In this document: one piece after another, positions 46,820 to 56,857 of the stretch | Layout: every line of letters begins with the position of its first letter | Position numbering within the stretch: position 1 is the first letter of the stretch | NCBI GenBank assembly: GCA_030583685.1 | Contig: CP129470.1 | Span: 276,345-340,344, forward strand | DNA length: 64,000 bases | Source of the DNA: Candidatus Dojkabacteria bacterium | GTDB lineage: Bacteria; Patescibacteriota; Dojkabacteria; GCA-002793355 | Direction: 5' to 3' | The notes under the pieces: model-generated | The model's database searches: none | What the model saw: the letters and a program-made list of their open reading frames with translations, nothing else | What the model was told of the DNA's origin: nothing | Position numbers and translations under genes: made by a program

Positions 46820-49800
46820 TTATGTCGAGTTCCACCTTCTTCTCGCAACAACAGAGAGTCCTACCGCAACAATGCCACCAAGGGCAACCCAGAACCATAC
46901 CCAAAAAGAGCGTGAAGTATCAGCGTTTACGCCGCTATCAGTGACACTTGTTGTTGGTGAAACAAATGGTTTTTGGTCAATGAAATCATCGGTTGGTGTG
47001 CCAACTGGTGTTTCACCGCTTTCATCTTCGGAATTCTCAGCCTCTGAATCTGTTGCTTGATTCCCAACAGACGATGAATTGTTTCCTGATTGCTGTCCTC
47101 CTTGTTGAGTGGGAGTTGGTGTTGGCGTTGGCGCAGCTGCAACAGTAATTTGCACACTCGTTGCAGTCAGCGATGAGTTCACAACATCGGTAACCGTCAC
47201 GGTAAACGTCCCTGCCTGAGTAAACTGCAGTAAGAAGTCACGTGATCCAGCGTCAACTTCTGTGTATGTATAATTTGCCGGCAACTGAACACCACTTTCC
47301 GTTGCAGAAAAAGCAATCGTTTCTCGATAGGAGGAATCGATGTTGTTCTCGCTATTGCGAGCAGAAACAGTCATCATAACTGATTGACCAGGAGTAATGG
47401 AAACGGTGCTTGGTGTGATCGTCAGAGATTTAGCACTTAAGCTCATAATTCCAGTCCCTGTGAGACCAGAAACTTTCCAATAATCGACTCCGTCAATATT
47501 CACGACTTCAACCGCATCATCTTCTTCCGTTAAGGTATAACCATCTTCACAATCCATACTTACTTCTTCCATCGTTTGTGCCAACGGACAAACACGAATA
47601 CTGTCCTGACCTTCTCGCTTTACAACATAGAGCGAATGAGTTTCTGAAACCCCTGGTGCAATCTCTGGATTAAGATTCACGAGCAACGACTTCGAAGTAT
47701 CAGTATAGGTATATCCTATAACCTCAGACCAATCTCGATTATCCGTTAAATCAACAGAAAATCCTGCAACAACATAGTCACCAAACAACATCATAGAGTC
47801 AATTGAATCAGCACCCGGTTCACTTGGATCAATATAACTCTTTGAAAGGCTCGTCATATCATCTTCTCTCACTACATCATTGCTTGTAATCAACCGAACA
47901 ATTCTCTTTCCATCAGCAAAAAGAACAAGTCTATGATTATCAGTATCTGCGACAACGAGCGTTTCTTGCACAGGGTTAAACGCTATTCCTTCGGCATGAG
48001 TAAACTCAGGAAGTCCACTCCCATAACGTCCAAAACTACCGAGGAATACTCCTTCATCGTGTGAAAACATTTTCACATCGTGCGTGTTACGATTCAACAC
48101 ATATAACCGTCGCGCAACTTCGTCAACATAAATTCCTCTGACATCCCAAAGGTGCTCATCCTCTTCAGTTCCTACTTCACCAATTGTCCTGAGATGATTT
48201 CCCGATAAATCAAACACTTGAACATTACTGTTGTATCCGATTCCAATTTCCGGATCATAATCGTTTGCGACATAAATTTCATTGTCTGAAGTCAAGACAA
48301 GGGCGTTTGGCGCTACAAACTCGCCAGGTTCTGTCCCGACTCCTCCCCAAGAAAGAATAAACTCGCCAGAACTGTCAAATTTTTGAACTCTACTGTTATA
48401 GAAATCAGCGACATAGAAATTACCATCACCGTCTACCGCGACTCCTCGAGCATCACGGAATTGACCTTCTTCAGTCCCATGCGACCCAAAGGTCATAATA
48501 TGAGTTCCTGCATTTGAAAACACTCGAACATCTGCTGAACACGAGACAATGATTCGGTCATCCGCATCGATGGTAAAGGTATAACAACCGGTATTGAGCT
48601 GATTTGGTTGAATGACGGTACTTATATAAGCTCCGGAATTCGTAAATTTCTGAATTCTTCCTGCTGAAGCCCCATTATCAAGCACGTACATCGCCCCTAC
48701 AGAATCGTACTGAACTGCAGTAGGGAAGGTAAATTTCCCAGCTATTTCACCGGCATTACGAATTGTCCAAGAATGAACCCCAACTGAAGAAAATTTCTGT
48801 AATGACTTTGCTGTCCAATCAGAAACATAAATATTATTGTCGGAATCGGTTGCGAGTGAATATGGCGTCAGAAATTCATGAACATCGGTGCCGAGTGTAC
48901 CCCATGAATGAGAGAATGTCCCGTTTGCATTAAACACTTGCACTTTCTGCGAGTTCTGAGACGTAACCGCAATTCTCCCGTTTGGTAAGATTATGATATC
49001 TTTTGGAAACTCAAATTGCCCGTTTCCTGTTCCTGACGTTCCAAACTTGGACAGATAACTTCCCGTTGAAGAAAAAACCTGTACTCGATGATTATCGCCA
49101 TCAACAACATATATTTTTCCAGTAGCATCAACGATCAACCCTTGTGGTTTGTTTAATTGACCATTACCCGAACCTTGTGTCCCAAAGGTCAGAAGATGTT
49201 GTCCCAAAAGAGAAAACCTCATAATTCGATGGTGCTCAGTATCAGAAACCAGCAGTGTATTGGAAGTTGCATCGTACGTAATACCGCGAGCCTCGCGCAT
49301 GCTCGTCGCTGTCGCTTCGTAACATGATCCCCAACGTGTTAAATACGCTCCGTTCGCATCAAACTTAGTAATACGACACGCGTCAAGTACATACAAATTA
49401 CCGACAGCATCTCGGGTTATATCCCAAACTTCTTGATTAAATTTCCCTACGCTTGATCCAAATCCCCCAAACTCACGAACGACATCACCCCCTGGAGTTA
49501 CTTGAACCACTCGATAATTCTGGTTATCAACGTACCAAATATTCCCGTTAGGAAGAACAAGCATTCCTTGTGGTATTCCCAAGTCTCTATAAGTTGTAGG
49601 AATAGTTACTGCGCTGACATGTTCTCGATACGGTAAAGTGGTAAATGTAACAATCTCACCATAAACGGTACCCTCGCTATTCGTTGCAAATGCTCGAGCA
49701 TAATACAGTTGACCATCGGTCAAGTTCGAAAGTGTTACCGAGAATTCTCCTGCTCCCCCTGCCACAGCAACTTTAGAATCAGCAATTGTTGGCTCATTTA

Positions 49801-50620
49801 CACTCGCAGAGTATACGATACCCCGTTCTGTTATTGTTGCATTTCCTGTATCAGTAACCGAACCCTGAACAACCGCTGTTGTTACTTTCACAGAATGTGC
49901 TCCCTCGGTTTCAACAGTCGGAGTAGTTATAACAATTTCTTGAGGTTCTACAACCGTTATTGCCATAATGCGAATATCTCCGTCATAGTCCGGAATTTCA
50001 ATCGCTTCTAACGTCTTTTCACTATCTACCTCAAATTCGTACACAAAAATATGCGCTGTCATATCTGTCGGTCCTTCCGGCGTATTAACCTCTTCAAAGG
50101 TATAGGCAATGTTTTCACCGAAAGCTGGTGCTTCAGAACTCCAAAAGGTAACCCCTTGATTATATCCTTCGGTGCTTTCGTCAGTATACCGCACCTCCCA
50201 AGCAAGAAAATCTGTATCTTCCCAGCCTTCTGCTGCCAGTACATATATTTTTTCCGCTTGTACTTCAGGCAGAGGAATCACCTGTCCCCACGAGGCAACC
50301 ATATTATTTGCCTCATCTGTTTTTGGCCCAAGCGTAAATTCCACCCCTCCATAGGTAATCGTATCGGGAAATATATCCGCCAAATACGTGTTTCCTGAAT
50401 AATCGAAATCTCCATCCGTCGGATTTGCCTCAAAAGCAATACCATCGACATCATAAAATGATGACAAGTCTACCTGAATACCGCTTGAATCAGCGCGAGC
50501 AAATGGGGCCAATTGCAACCCAACAAGAGCGACTGCCAATAATACCGAGAGTGAACTAAGAAATGATTGTACGCTTTTCCAAAGAATATCTCTATAAAAC
50601 GAACTCAATTTCTTAGTCAT
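46820..50620 (-). CDS. giant secreted NHL-repeat beta-propeller surface protein with Ig/FN3-like domains and C-terminal membrane anchor
   Basis: 1266 aa; signal peptide; at least 10 NHL-like repeats (e.g. YVVDGDNHRVQVFSSTGSYLSKFGTSGTGNGQFEFP); PT-rich linker; C-terminal hydrophobic helix followed by RRRWNST. Confidence 0.8.
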   Translation of the reverse strand: MTKKLSSFYRDILWKSVQSFLSSLSVLLAVALVGLQLAPFARADSSGIQVDLSSFYDVDGIAFEANPTDGDFDYSGNTYLADIFPDTITYGGVEFTLGPKTDEANNMVASWGQVIPLPEVQAEKIYVLAAEGWEDTDFLAWEVRYTDESTEGYNQGVTFWSSEAPAFGENIAYTFEEVNTPEGPTDMTAHIFVYEFEVDSEKTLEAIEIPDYDGDIRIMAITVVEPQEIVITTPTVETEGAHSVKVTTAVVQGSVTDTGNATITERGIVYSASVNEPTIADSKVAVAGGAGEFSVTLSNLTDGQLYYARAFATNSEGTVYGEIVTFTTLPYREHVSAVTIPTTYRDLGIPQGMLVLPNGNIWYVDNQNYRVVQVTPGGDVVREFGGFGSSVGKFNQEVWDITRDAVGNLYVLDACRITKFDANGAYLTRWGSCYEATATSMREARGITYDATSNTLLVSDTEHHRIMRFSLLGQHLLTFGTQGSGNGQLNKPQGLIVDATGKIYVVDGDNHRVQVFSSTGSYLSKFGTSGTGNGQFEFPKDIIILPNGRIAVTSQNSQKVQVFNANGTFSHSWGTLGTDVHEFLTPYSLATDSDNNIYVSDWTAKSLQKFSSVGVHSWTIRNAGEIAGKFTFPTAVQYDSVGAMYVLDNGASAGRIQKFTNSGAYISTVIQPNQLNTGCYTFTIDADDRIIVSCSADVRVFSNAGTHIMTFGSHGTEEGQFRDARGVAVDGDGNFYVADFYNSRVQKFDSSGEFILSWGGVGTEPGEFVAPNALVLTSDNEIYVANDYDPEIGIGYNSNVQVFDLSGNHLRTIGEVGTEEDEHLWDVRGIYVDEVARRLYVLNRNTHDVKMFSHDEGVFLGSFGRYGSGLPEFTHAEGIAFNPVQETLVVADTDNHRLVLFADGKRIVRLITSNDVVREDDMTSLSKSYIDPSEPGADSIDSMMLFGDYVVAGFSVDLTDNRDWSEVIGYTYTDTSKSLLVNLNPEIAPGVSETHSLYVVKREGQDSIRVCPLAQTMEEVSMDCEDGYTLTEEDDAVEVVNIDGVDYWKVSGLTGTGIMSLSAKSLTITPSTVSITPGQSVMMTVSARNSENNIDSSYRETIAFSATESGVQLPANYTYTEVDAGSRDFLLQFTQAGTFTVTVTDVVNSSLTATSVQITVAAAPTPTPTPTQQGGQQSGNNSSSVGNQATDSEAENSEDESGETPVGTPTDDFIDQKPFVSPTTSVTDSGVNADTSRSFWVWFWVALGGIVAVGLSVVARRRWNST

Positions 50621-50788
50621 GGGCAGCTGTCATTAATTCATATTACTCCTTACCTATCACACTCGATACATAAGGCAGACTGAAAGTGTCTCCTGCAAGA
50701 TAGCACAGAAATGAACACTTGTGAAGCAATCGTGATTCTGATGGAGAAAAAATCTCTATAAAGGTTAACGCCCAGTCTGAGAAGTTGC

Positions 50789-52051
50789 TTACTCTCTCAA
50801 ATTCTTAAGGAATTCTGCATTCCCCTTTGATGATTTCATGCGCTCAATCAGCACTTCTGAGGCATTCTCTCCATTTCTGTCAATATTGTCTAACATTCTT
50901 CGGATTAGCCACGACATTTGCAACATTTCTTGACTCAACAAGAGATCTTCTCTACGGGTGCTTGAACGGACGACATCGATTGCGGGATAAATTCTTCTCT
51001 CTCCTAACGAGCGATCTAAGTGCAATTCCATGTTTCCAGTTCCCTTGAACTCTTCATAGATCAAGTCATCCATTTTACTCCCTGTATTAACCAAAGCAGT
51101 TGCAATAATCGTTAAGCTCCCCCCTTCTTCAAAGTTTCGAGCTGCTCCAAAGAATCGCTTTGGAGGATACAATGCGGCAGGGTCAAAACCACCAGATAAC
51201 GTTCTTCCTGAACTTGGAATGACCAAGTTATAGGCGCGTGCGAGACGGGTGATACTATCCATTAATATAACGACATCTTTGTTCCATTCAACCAAACGCT
51301 TCGCTCGTTCTAATGCCATTTCTGCAACAGCAACATTATTTGTTGGATGCTCATCAAAGTTTGATGCAAACACTTCACCTTTGACTGAGCGCTGCATATC
51401 GGTGACCTCTTCAGGACGTTCACCGACGAGAACCACAATAATATGTGCATCAGGATGATTCGCAGAAATTCCATTGGCAATTTCTTTTAATATCGTCGTT
51501 TTACCTGATTTAGGCTGAGCAACAATCATCGATCGCTGACCATAACCAATTGGCGCAAGAATATCAATGATACGGGTTGACAACGTTTCTGCCTCAGTTT
51601 CCAAATGAATTTGTCGATTGGGGAAGATTGCGGTTCGCTTCTCGAATGGAATTCGCTTCATATTTTCTGCAGCTCCCATTCCTCCCACATAATCAACTTT
51701 CAGCATATTTCGGTATTTCTCACCATCCTTAATTGGTCGAACAACACCTTCAAGAATGTCGCCAGTTCGAAGTCCAAATTTTTGGATTTGAGTTCCAGAT
51801 ACATAGATATCTTGTGGCCCTGCTAAAACACCATCAACACGGACAAAACCATGAGACCCGTTATTCACCACATCTAAAATACCCGACGCATATTCGAATC
51901 CACCCTTCAATGCGGAAGCTTTTAGAATTTCATACACTAATTGGTCTTTCTCTTTTGCCGTAAACTTATCGGCATCTTTGACCTCGACTTCCGAAGCCAT
52001 TTTTTTTAACGCCACAAGCGTTTCTTCTTGAAGTTTTTGAACTGTTAACAT
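50789..52051 (-). CDS. rho: transcription termination factor Rho
   Basis: N-terminal RNA-binding domain and RecA-like ATPase with Walker [10 protein letters not shown]; 420 aa. Confidence 0.9.
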   Translation of the reverse strand: MLTVQKLQEETLVALKKMASEVEVKDADKFTAKEKDQLVYEILKASALKGGFEYASGILDVVNNGSHGFVRVDGVLAGPQDIYVSGTQIQKFGLRTGDILEGVVRPIKDGEKYRNMLKVDYVGGMGAAENMKRIPFEKRTAIFPNRQIHLETEAETLSTRIIDILAPIGYGQRSMIVAQPKSGKTTILKEIANGISANHPDAHIIVVLVGERPEEVTDMQRSVKGEVFASNFDEHPTNNVAVAEMALERAKRLVEWNKDVVILMDSITRLARAYNLVIPSSGRTLSGGFDPAALYPPKRFFGAARNFEEGGSLTIIATALVNTGSKMDDLIYEEFKGTGNMELHLDRSLGERRIYPAIDVVRSSTRREDLLLSQEMLQMSWLIRRMLDNIDRNGENASEVLIERMKSSKGNAEFLKNLRE

Positions 52052-52164
52052 GAAAAATATGATTATCTTAAGATCTCTGCGAGTGATAAATGCGAGAGGA
52101 TTATATTCCTTTTATTGTATCACACCATGAGTATTCTTTTGCAAGAGGTAATGTCTTGGAATTA

Positions 52165-52204
52165 AGAAAAAGGGGATCGGCACTGCCCCAAACCGATCCC
52201 GGGG
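52165..52204 (-). terminator. Rho-independent terminator (8-bp GC-rich stem GGGATCGG/CCGATCCC, 12-nt loop, then CTTTTT)
   Basis: Minus-strand sequence CCCCGGGATCGGTTTGGGGCAGTGCCGATCCCCTTTTTC read from reverse complement of 52165-52204. Confidence 0.5.
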
Positions 52205-52310
52205 AAAATTCACCTGAGTGAACTTTTCTCGAGTGATGCGAGGAGTGCCACAGTAGTCCCCTGTTCCTTTGGCTCAGAACTTCCAAGCCAAGGGAACAAA
52301 AAACTATATG
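52165..52310 (-). ncRNA. candidate small RNA or rho leader transcript (about 145 nt) bounded by consensus promoter and intrinsic terminator
   Basis: Transcribed region predicted from the -10 element to the terminator. Contains an internal 11-bp hairpin (GTTCCCTTGGC...GCCAAAGGAAC). No convincing ORF; the only ORF there (52101-52346) runs through the terminator and has odd composition. Family not recognised. Confidence 0.3.
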
Positions 52311-52316
52311 TACAGA

Positions 52317-52346
52317 ATTATACTCCAAAGATAGTGCCTGTGTCAA
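52317..52346 (-). promoter_or_regulatory. sigma70-type promoter, TTGACA-N18-TATAAT (perfect hexamers) on minus strand
   Basis: Reverse complement of 52341-52346 is TTGACA and of 52317-52322 is TATAAT, with 18-nt spacer. Confidence 0.45.
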
Positions 52347-52479
52347 TAGTGCGCACAGACGCTTGTAATAGTAGTTCTCCTACGCGGGTGCCTCGTCCAA
52401 ATGTCGACATCTTCGGTAACAATCACCATTCAAGTAATAGAAGTTGTGATACTAGAACAGCTCTGAAACAACGAGGGGA

Positions 52480-53778
52480 TTACTTTGTAAGAGTGACAAT
52501 ATTTGCGTCGCTTTTACATGAACGAAGCGACTGAAAGGATAATTTCTTTCCTTCTTTTATTCTTTGCTCAAATGCAATACCTGGTTTAATCTCTCCTAAC
52601 AATCCCACTTCGCCCACAAAGACGGTATCTTTCCAATTCTTCCCCGTTAATGAAGAAAGCATCGCGGCAACAAGCGCAAGATCGGTACCAGAATCCTTCA
52701 AGGTAATACCACCATTCACCTTAACAAAAATATCTTTGTTTTCAATATGCAAACGGGGCAATTTTTTCGCAATTACCGCAGCGAGTACCTCTACCCTATT
52801 TTTTGAAACTCCTTCGACAACTCTTCGAGGAATCGCAAAGGGAGAATCATTAACGAGTGCTTGAATTTGAACAACCATCGGGCGAGAACCTTGTAAGGTT
52901 ATTCCCAAGGCGCTTCCAGGCTCTTCAGAGGACAAAGAAGAAACCAACATTGTTGAAAAATCTGCTTTGTCCTGCATTCCTTGAATTCCCATACTCAAAA
53001 ATCCTACTTCTCCGGTGTCACCGTATCGATTCTTTATGGTTCGCAGCATTCTCGCATTCTCACTTCCCACTTGTTCCAAGTACAAAACAACATCAACAAT
53101 ATGCTCCACTGTTTTTGGACCCGCAACATACCCTTCTTTGGTAACTTGAGCGATTAGAAAAACAATCGTTCTTGTTTGCTTTGCCCAATGGGTTACTGCT
53201 GTTGTCACCGCTTTAAGCTGACTGATTCCTCCCGATTGCCCATCCAGTTCTTGGTGCTGCAAAGAATGTATTGAATCAATGACGATGGCGTCAAACTCTT
53301 GCGCAATGAGCCCGTCCATAATATTGCCAAGATCTTGTTCGGAAAGCAGAAACAGACCTTCTGGGATAGCAGGAGACACACGTTCCAGACGCTCTGACAC
53401 CTGGTCGAGTGATTCTTCACCTGAAATATACGCGACCGTTTTACCCGCTTTCGCAAAGTTTACTAAAACTTGAAGCAGCAACGTCGATTTTCCAATCCCA
53501 GGATCTCCCCCGACTAACGCAACGGTGCCCTCTGCAATTCCTTTCCCAAACACTCTATCTACTTCTGCAAAGCCTGTTGAAAAACGTTGCAGCGGTTTTC
53601 GCTCAACTGCCCCTGCTTGGACGAAAACCGCGCCAGCTCCGGTACCGAAGCCCGACTTGTTTTTCGCCGATTTCTTCGGCAAATCAGGAACTTCAGTAAA
53701 CGAGCCCCAGGCATCGCATTGAGGGCATTTTCCCAACCATTTAGTTTGTGTTGATCCACAGCTTCCACAGACGAACAT
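52480..53778 (-). CDS. radA: DNA repair protein RadA/Sms
   Basis: N-terminal C4 zinc finger (CGSCGS...CPQCDAWGSF), RecA-like Walker A GDPGIGKST, C-terminal Lon-protease-like domain. Confidence 0.9.
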   Translation of the reverse strand: MFVCGSCGSTQTKWLGKCPQCDAWGSFTEVPDLPKKSAKNKSGFGTGAGAVFVQAGAVERKPLQRFSTGFAEVDRVFGKGIAEGTVALVGGDPGIGKSTLLLQVLVNFAKAGKTVAYISGEESLDQVSERLERVSPAIPEGLFLLSEQDLGNIMDGLIAQEFDAIVIDSIHSLQHQELDGQSGGISQLKAVTTAVTHWAKQTRTIVFLIAQVTKEGYVAGPKTVEHIVDVVLYLEQVGSENARMLRTIKNRYGDTGEVGFLSMGIQGMQDKADFSTMLVSSLSSEEPGSALGITLQGSRPMVVQIQALVNDSPFAIPRRVVEGVSKNRVEVLAAVIAKKLPRLHIENKDIFVKVNGGITLKDSGTDLALVAAMLSSLTGKNWKDTVFVGEVGLLGEIKPGIAFEQRIKEGKKLSFQSLRSCKSDANIVTLTK

Positions 53779-53805
53779 CGTTAATTATATGCTAGTCGGA
53801 TGAGA

Positions 53806-54207
53806 TTATGTAGTAGCAACAGTTTCAGTTTTCACTTTTTTTGCATTTACCGTTGCTAAAGATGCCTGTAAGATCTTCGCTATTTCCGTCAATAGTGACT
53901 CACAATCTGCGGCTTCTTCATCACTCAGACTCCCTGCCTGATGCAACAACCTCGTCCAAAAAAGACTTCGGTAGGTCGCTTTTCGCGCAGTATATAAATG
54001 AATCGAAAAGCCACGAGCAGAATGAATTGCTTGCGCCAAGTAGACATTTAGCCCTATCGCAGCAATGCTCTCTGCCCACCACTGACTAAAAAGAAAATCT
54101 TTGTGCTTTTTTTGCACCTCGGTAACTTTCTGGTGTACCGAAACCGCCAAGTCGAAAGACTTGTTTTGTACAATTGAATCTTTCATGCATACAGTATGCA
54201 GGAGCAA
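53806..54207 (-). CDS. four-helix-bundle protein (23S rRNA intervening-sequence protein / Avd-like family)
   Basis: 133 aa; FDLAVSVHQKV...SQWWAESIAAIGLNVYLAQ...HLYTARKATYRSLFWTRLL parallels the family pattern LVVEIYKLT...SQMRRAAVSIPSNIAEG...FLYIALGSLRELETQL. Confidence 0.5.
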   Translation of the reverse strand: MLLHTVCMKDSIVQNKSFDLAVSVHQKVTEVQKKHKDFLFSQWWAESIAAIGLNVYLAQAIHSARGFSIHLYTARKATYRSLFWTRLLHQAGSLSDEEAADCESLLTEIAKILQASLATVNAKKVKTETVATT

Positions 54208-54270
54208 AAGTGATTATAATACTCTCACAAAAAACGATTCTTTGAGACAAAACACAACTATTCTGATAGT

Positions 54271-56826
54271 CTATTTCCCGTTAATAGCCAGTTTTTTTCG
54301 TTTGTACTCAACATCTAGCGTGAGAAGCTCTGACTGTTTCTTCACATCGAGCATATTATTCTCCAAAACATAGTCTGCAACAAGGTTTTCGACCTCATGT
54401 TGGAGTACTCGACGAAGTGGTCTCGCTCCATATTCCGCACTAAATCCTTTTTCGATCATATACTCTTTTGCTTTCTGCTCAATATTGACCGACAAGTTCA
54501 TCTCTTTCAATCGTTCGTTCAATTCTGTAATCAGAATTTCGAGCACTCGGGCAGCATCAGTTTTACTTAAGCCCTTGAAGATAATAACGTCATCGAGTCG
54601 GTTCAATAATTCTGGACGCAGTTTTTTTCGTAGCTCTTTTGTGAGTTTCTCCTTCATTTCATCGTACGCTTCTGTACTTAACTCAACCAAATTTCGCTGT
54701 TTTTGTTCTCGGTAAAAACCAAGTACTTTGTCCTCTGCGATTTGCTCAGCTCCAATATTTGACGTCAGAACAATAATTGTATTTTGAAAACTGACACGAT
54801 TTCCTTTTGCATCCATGAGATGTCCGTCTTCCAAAATCTGGAGAAGCAGGTTAAGAACATCAGGATGCGCTTTTTCAATTTCGTCAAACAGAACGACACT
54901 ATATGGATTTTCAGAAATCTTTTCAGTTAACCAACCACCCTGCTCGTACCCAACATACCCTGGCGGCGAACCAATCAACTTCGAAACGCTGTGCTGCTCC
55001 ATATATTCAGACATATCAATCTGAATGAGCCGATCTTCATTCGTGCCAAACAAATTTTTTGCAAGAACTTTCGCTAATTCAGTTTTCCCAACACCAGTTG
55101 GTCCCAGAAAAAGTAAACTTGCCCATGGACGTTTCTTACTACTAATTCCTACTCTTCCGCGCTTTACCGCATTTGCGACCTGCTTGATTGCATCCTCTTG
55201 ACTAATAATCGATTCCTTTATTTTGTTTTCTAACTGCAACAACATCGAGGTCTCATCAGCGCTCACCGTTGTGATTGGCAATTTAGTCCACATAGAGACA
55301 ATATCCCGAACATCACCATCCGTAATGGTGATTTTTGACTGTTGTACATCTTTCTTGTGTTTATCTTGCAATTCTTTAATTTTTCTCCCGATATCAAAAA
55401 CTACTCGTTGCAATTGCTCGGCCCCAGCATAGTCGCCAAGACTCACGAGACGATCTTTTTTATCCTGCTCTTCCTTTCGTTGTTTAAGTAATTCGCCAAG
55501 TCCTCGATACTTATACTCTCGAGTAAATTTCTTTTTGCTTGCTGCCAAGTCAAGGATTTCAATTGCTTTTTCAGGCAACACACGGTCAGGAATATACTGC
55601 GTCGTTAGACGAACAGCAGCGTCAATTGCGGCAGACTCAAAAGTAACCCCGTGTTCCTGTTCCAATTGCTTGACAGCATCTTTCAATAGTCCGGTGGCCT
55701 TTTCTGTTTCGGGCTCTTCCACTTCAATAATCGAGAAAAATCGCAACAATGACCTATTATGCTCATACATCCACGACATTTCTTCAGGTGAGATCGACGC
55801 AATAATACTCATTGCATTACGCTCTAAGAAAGCCTTAAACGTCGCACCCATATTGAGCCCTCCTCTCATTGGCGGAGCGAGGAGCGACGAAAAATCATCA
55901 ATATACAAGATAATCTCCTCTGCTCCGTATACCTCGTTAAGTACCGCCATAACCTGCTTTTCCACATCAGTGGGGAATTTTGCTGCTGCAATGATTGCGG
56001 GGAAATTCATACGGAGTAACTTTTTCTGTGTCGTCGAAATAGGAACATTCCCATCTACCAAACGATATGATAATTCATCAATAATATGGGACTTCCCGAC
56101 ACCACTAGGACCAACCAACAAGACATTTCGATTTCTGGCGCGTAAAAGTATGGTCAGGAGTTGATCGGTTACTTCTTTTCTTTGTTCTTTGGTAATTGCT
56201 GCATCAAACTGCCTGTAGCGATTCGTTAAATGTTCAGTAAACATCGTCAATGCAGATTCTCCATTCTCTTGCTGCACGTGTGGCAATGGTTTTGCTAATG
56301 GTAAGGAAACATCCTCTGCCTGTCGGAGGATTTCAAAAGGCAGTGTTGTTGCACGGAGCACATCGTTTACAAAATTTGGCAATGATGATATATGCGCAAG
56401 GAGCTCTTTAACAAAGGAGAGATCTTTTGTTTCTCCTTGAAAAAGTGCCAGAAGGACATGTTCTGTTCCGATATAGTAACTCCCCCCTTCTCTGGCAATG
56501 CGAGATGCCTCAAAAATCAAGGTGTTCGTTGCTTGATTGACTACAAGTTGCGTATTTTTCCGCCAAACTTTCTTTGCAAACACGCTTGGAAGCAAACCGG
56601 TCAACCGTGTAAACGTTTCACTCGCGTCAATTCCGAATTTTTCCAACAAAAAGTACGCGAGTGCTTCTTTATCGAGGAGAATTCCCGCAAATAAATGTTT
56701 TGGTTCAACAACTTCAGCTTTTGTCTTCTGGGCGATTCGAAATGCTCGCTCCATCATCAAGCGAAACTGCGGAGAAAAGCGTGAAAGTTGCAACAACTGC
56801 TGTTTTCTTTTCTGGGTAGTTTTCAT
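54271..56826 (-). CDS. Clp/Hsp100 family AAA+ chaperone (ClpC/ClpB-like, two nucleotide-binding domains)
   Basis: Clp_N repeats; NBD1 Walker A GPSGVGKS; NBD2 Walker A GPTGVGKTELAK and Walker B VVLFDEIEKAH; short middle coiled coil suggests ClpC-like. Confidence 0.85.
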   Translation of the reverse strand: MKTTQKRKQQLLQLSRFSPQFRLMMERAFRIAQKTKAEVVEPKHLFAGILLDKEALAYFLLEKFGIDASETFTRLTGLLPSVFAKKVWRKNTQLVVNQATNTLIFEASRIAREGGSYYIGTEHVLLALFQGETKDLSFVKELLAHISSLPNFVNDVLRATTLPFEILRQAEDVSLPLAKPLPHVQQENGESALTMFTEHLTNRYRQFDAAITKEQRKEVTDQLLTILLRARNRNVLLVGPSGVGKSHIIDELSYRLVDGNVPISTTQKKLLRMNFPAIIAAAKFPTDVEKQVMAVLNEVYGAEEIILYIDDFSSLLAPPMRGGLNMGATFKAFLERNAMSIIASISPEEMSWMYEHNRSLLRFFSIIEVEEPETEKATGLLKDAVKQLEQEHGVTFESAAIDAAVRLTTQYIPDRVLPEKAIEILDLAASKKKFTREYKYRGLGELLKQRKEEQDKKDRLVSLGDYAGAEQLQRVVFDIGRKIKELQDKHKKDVQQSKITITDGDVRDIVSMWTKLPITTVSADETSMLLQLENKIKESIISQEDAIKQVANAVKRGRVGISSKKRPWASLLFLGPTGVGKTELAKVLAKNLFGTNEDRLIQIDMSEYMEQHSVSKLIGSPPGYVGYEQGGWLTEKISENPYSVVLFDEIEKAHPDVLNLLLQILEDGHLMDAKGNRVSFQNTIIVLTSNIGAEQIAEDKVLGFYREQKQRNLVELSTEAYDEMKEKLTKELRKKLRPELLNRLDDVIIFKGLSKTDAARVLEILITELNERLKEMNLSVNIEQKAKEYMIEKGFSAEYGARPLRRVLQHEVENLVADYVLENNMLDVKKQSELLTLDVEYKRKKLAINGK

Positions 56827-56857
56827 ACTAGCAATTATAGCAGGTGACTGCTAAATT

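Noticed and set aside
46820-47000. Sortase/LPXTG-type sorting signal at the C-terminus of the giant NHL protein
   Set aside because: A hydrophobic helix plus RRR tail is present, but no LPXTG-like or PEP-CTERM motif precedes it.
52101-52346. 81-aa ORF on minus strand between radA and rho
   Set aside because: It runs across the predicted intrinsic terminator hairpin and has non-protein-like composition. The region is better explained as a promoter-bounded non-coding transcript.
53806-54207. Complete diversity-generating retroelement
   Set aside because: Only the Avd-like four-helix-bundle gene is present; no reverse transcriptase ORF and no obvious template/variable repeat in the window.
55535-56164. 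209-aa Ser-rich plus-strand ORF
   Set aside because: Entirely antisense to the well-supported Clp/Hsp100 gene; low-complexity composition typical of spurious antisense frames.
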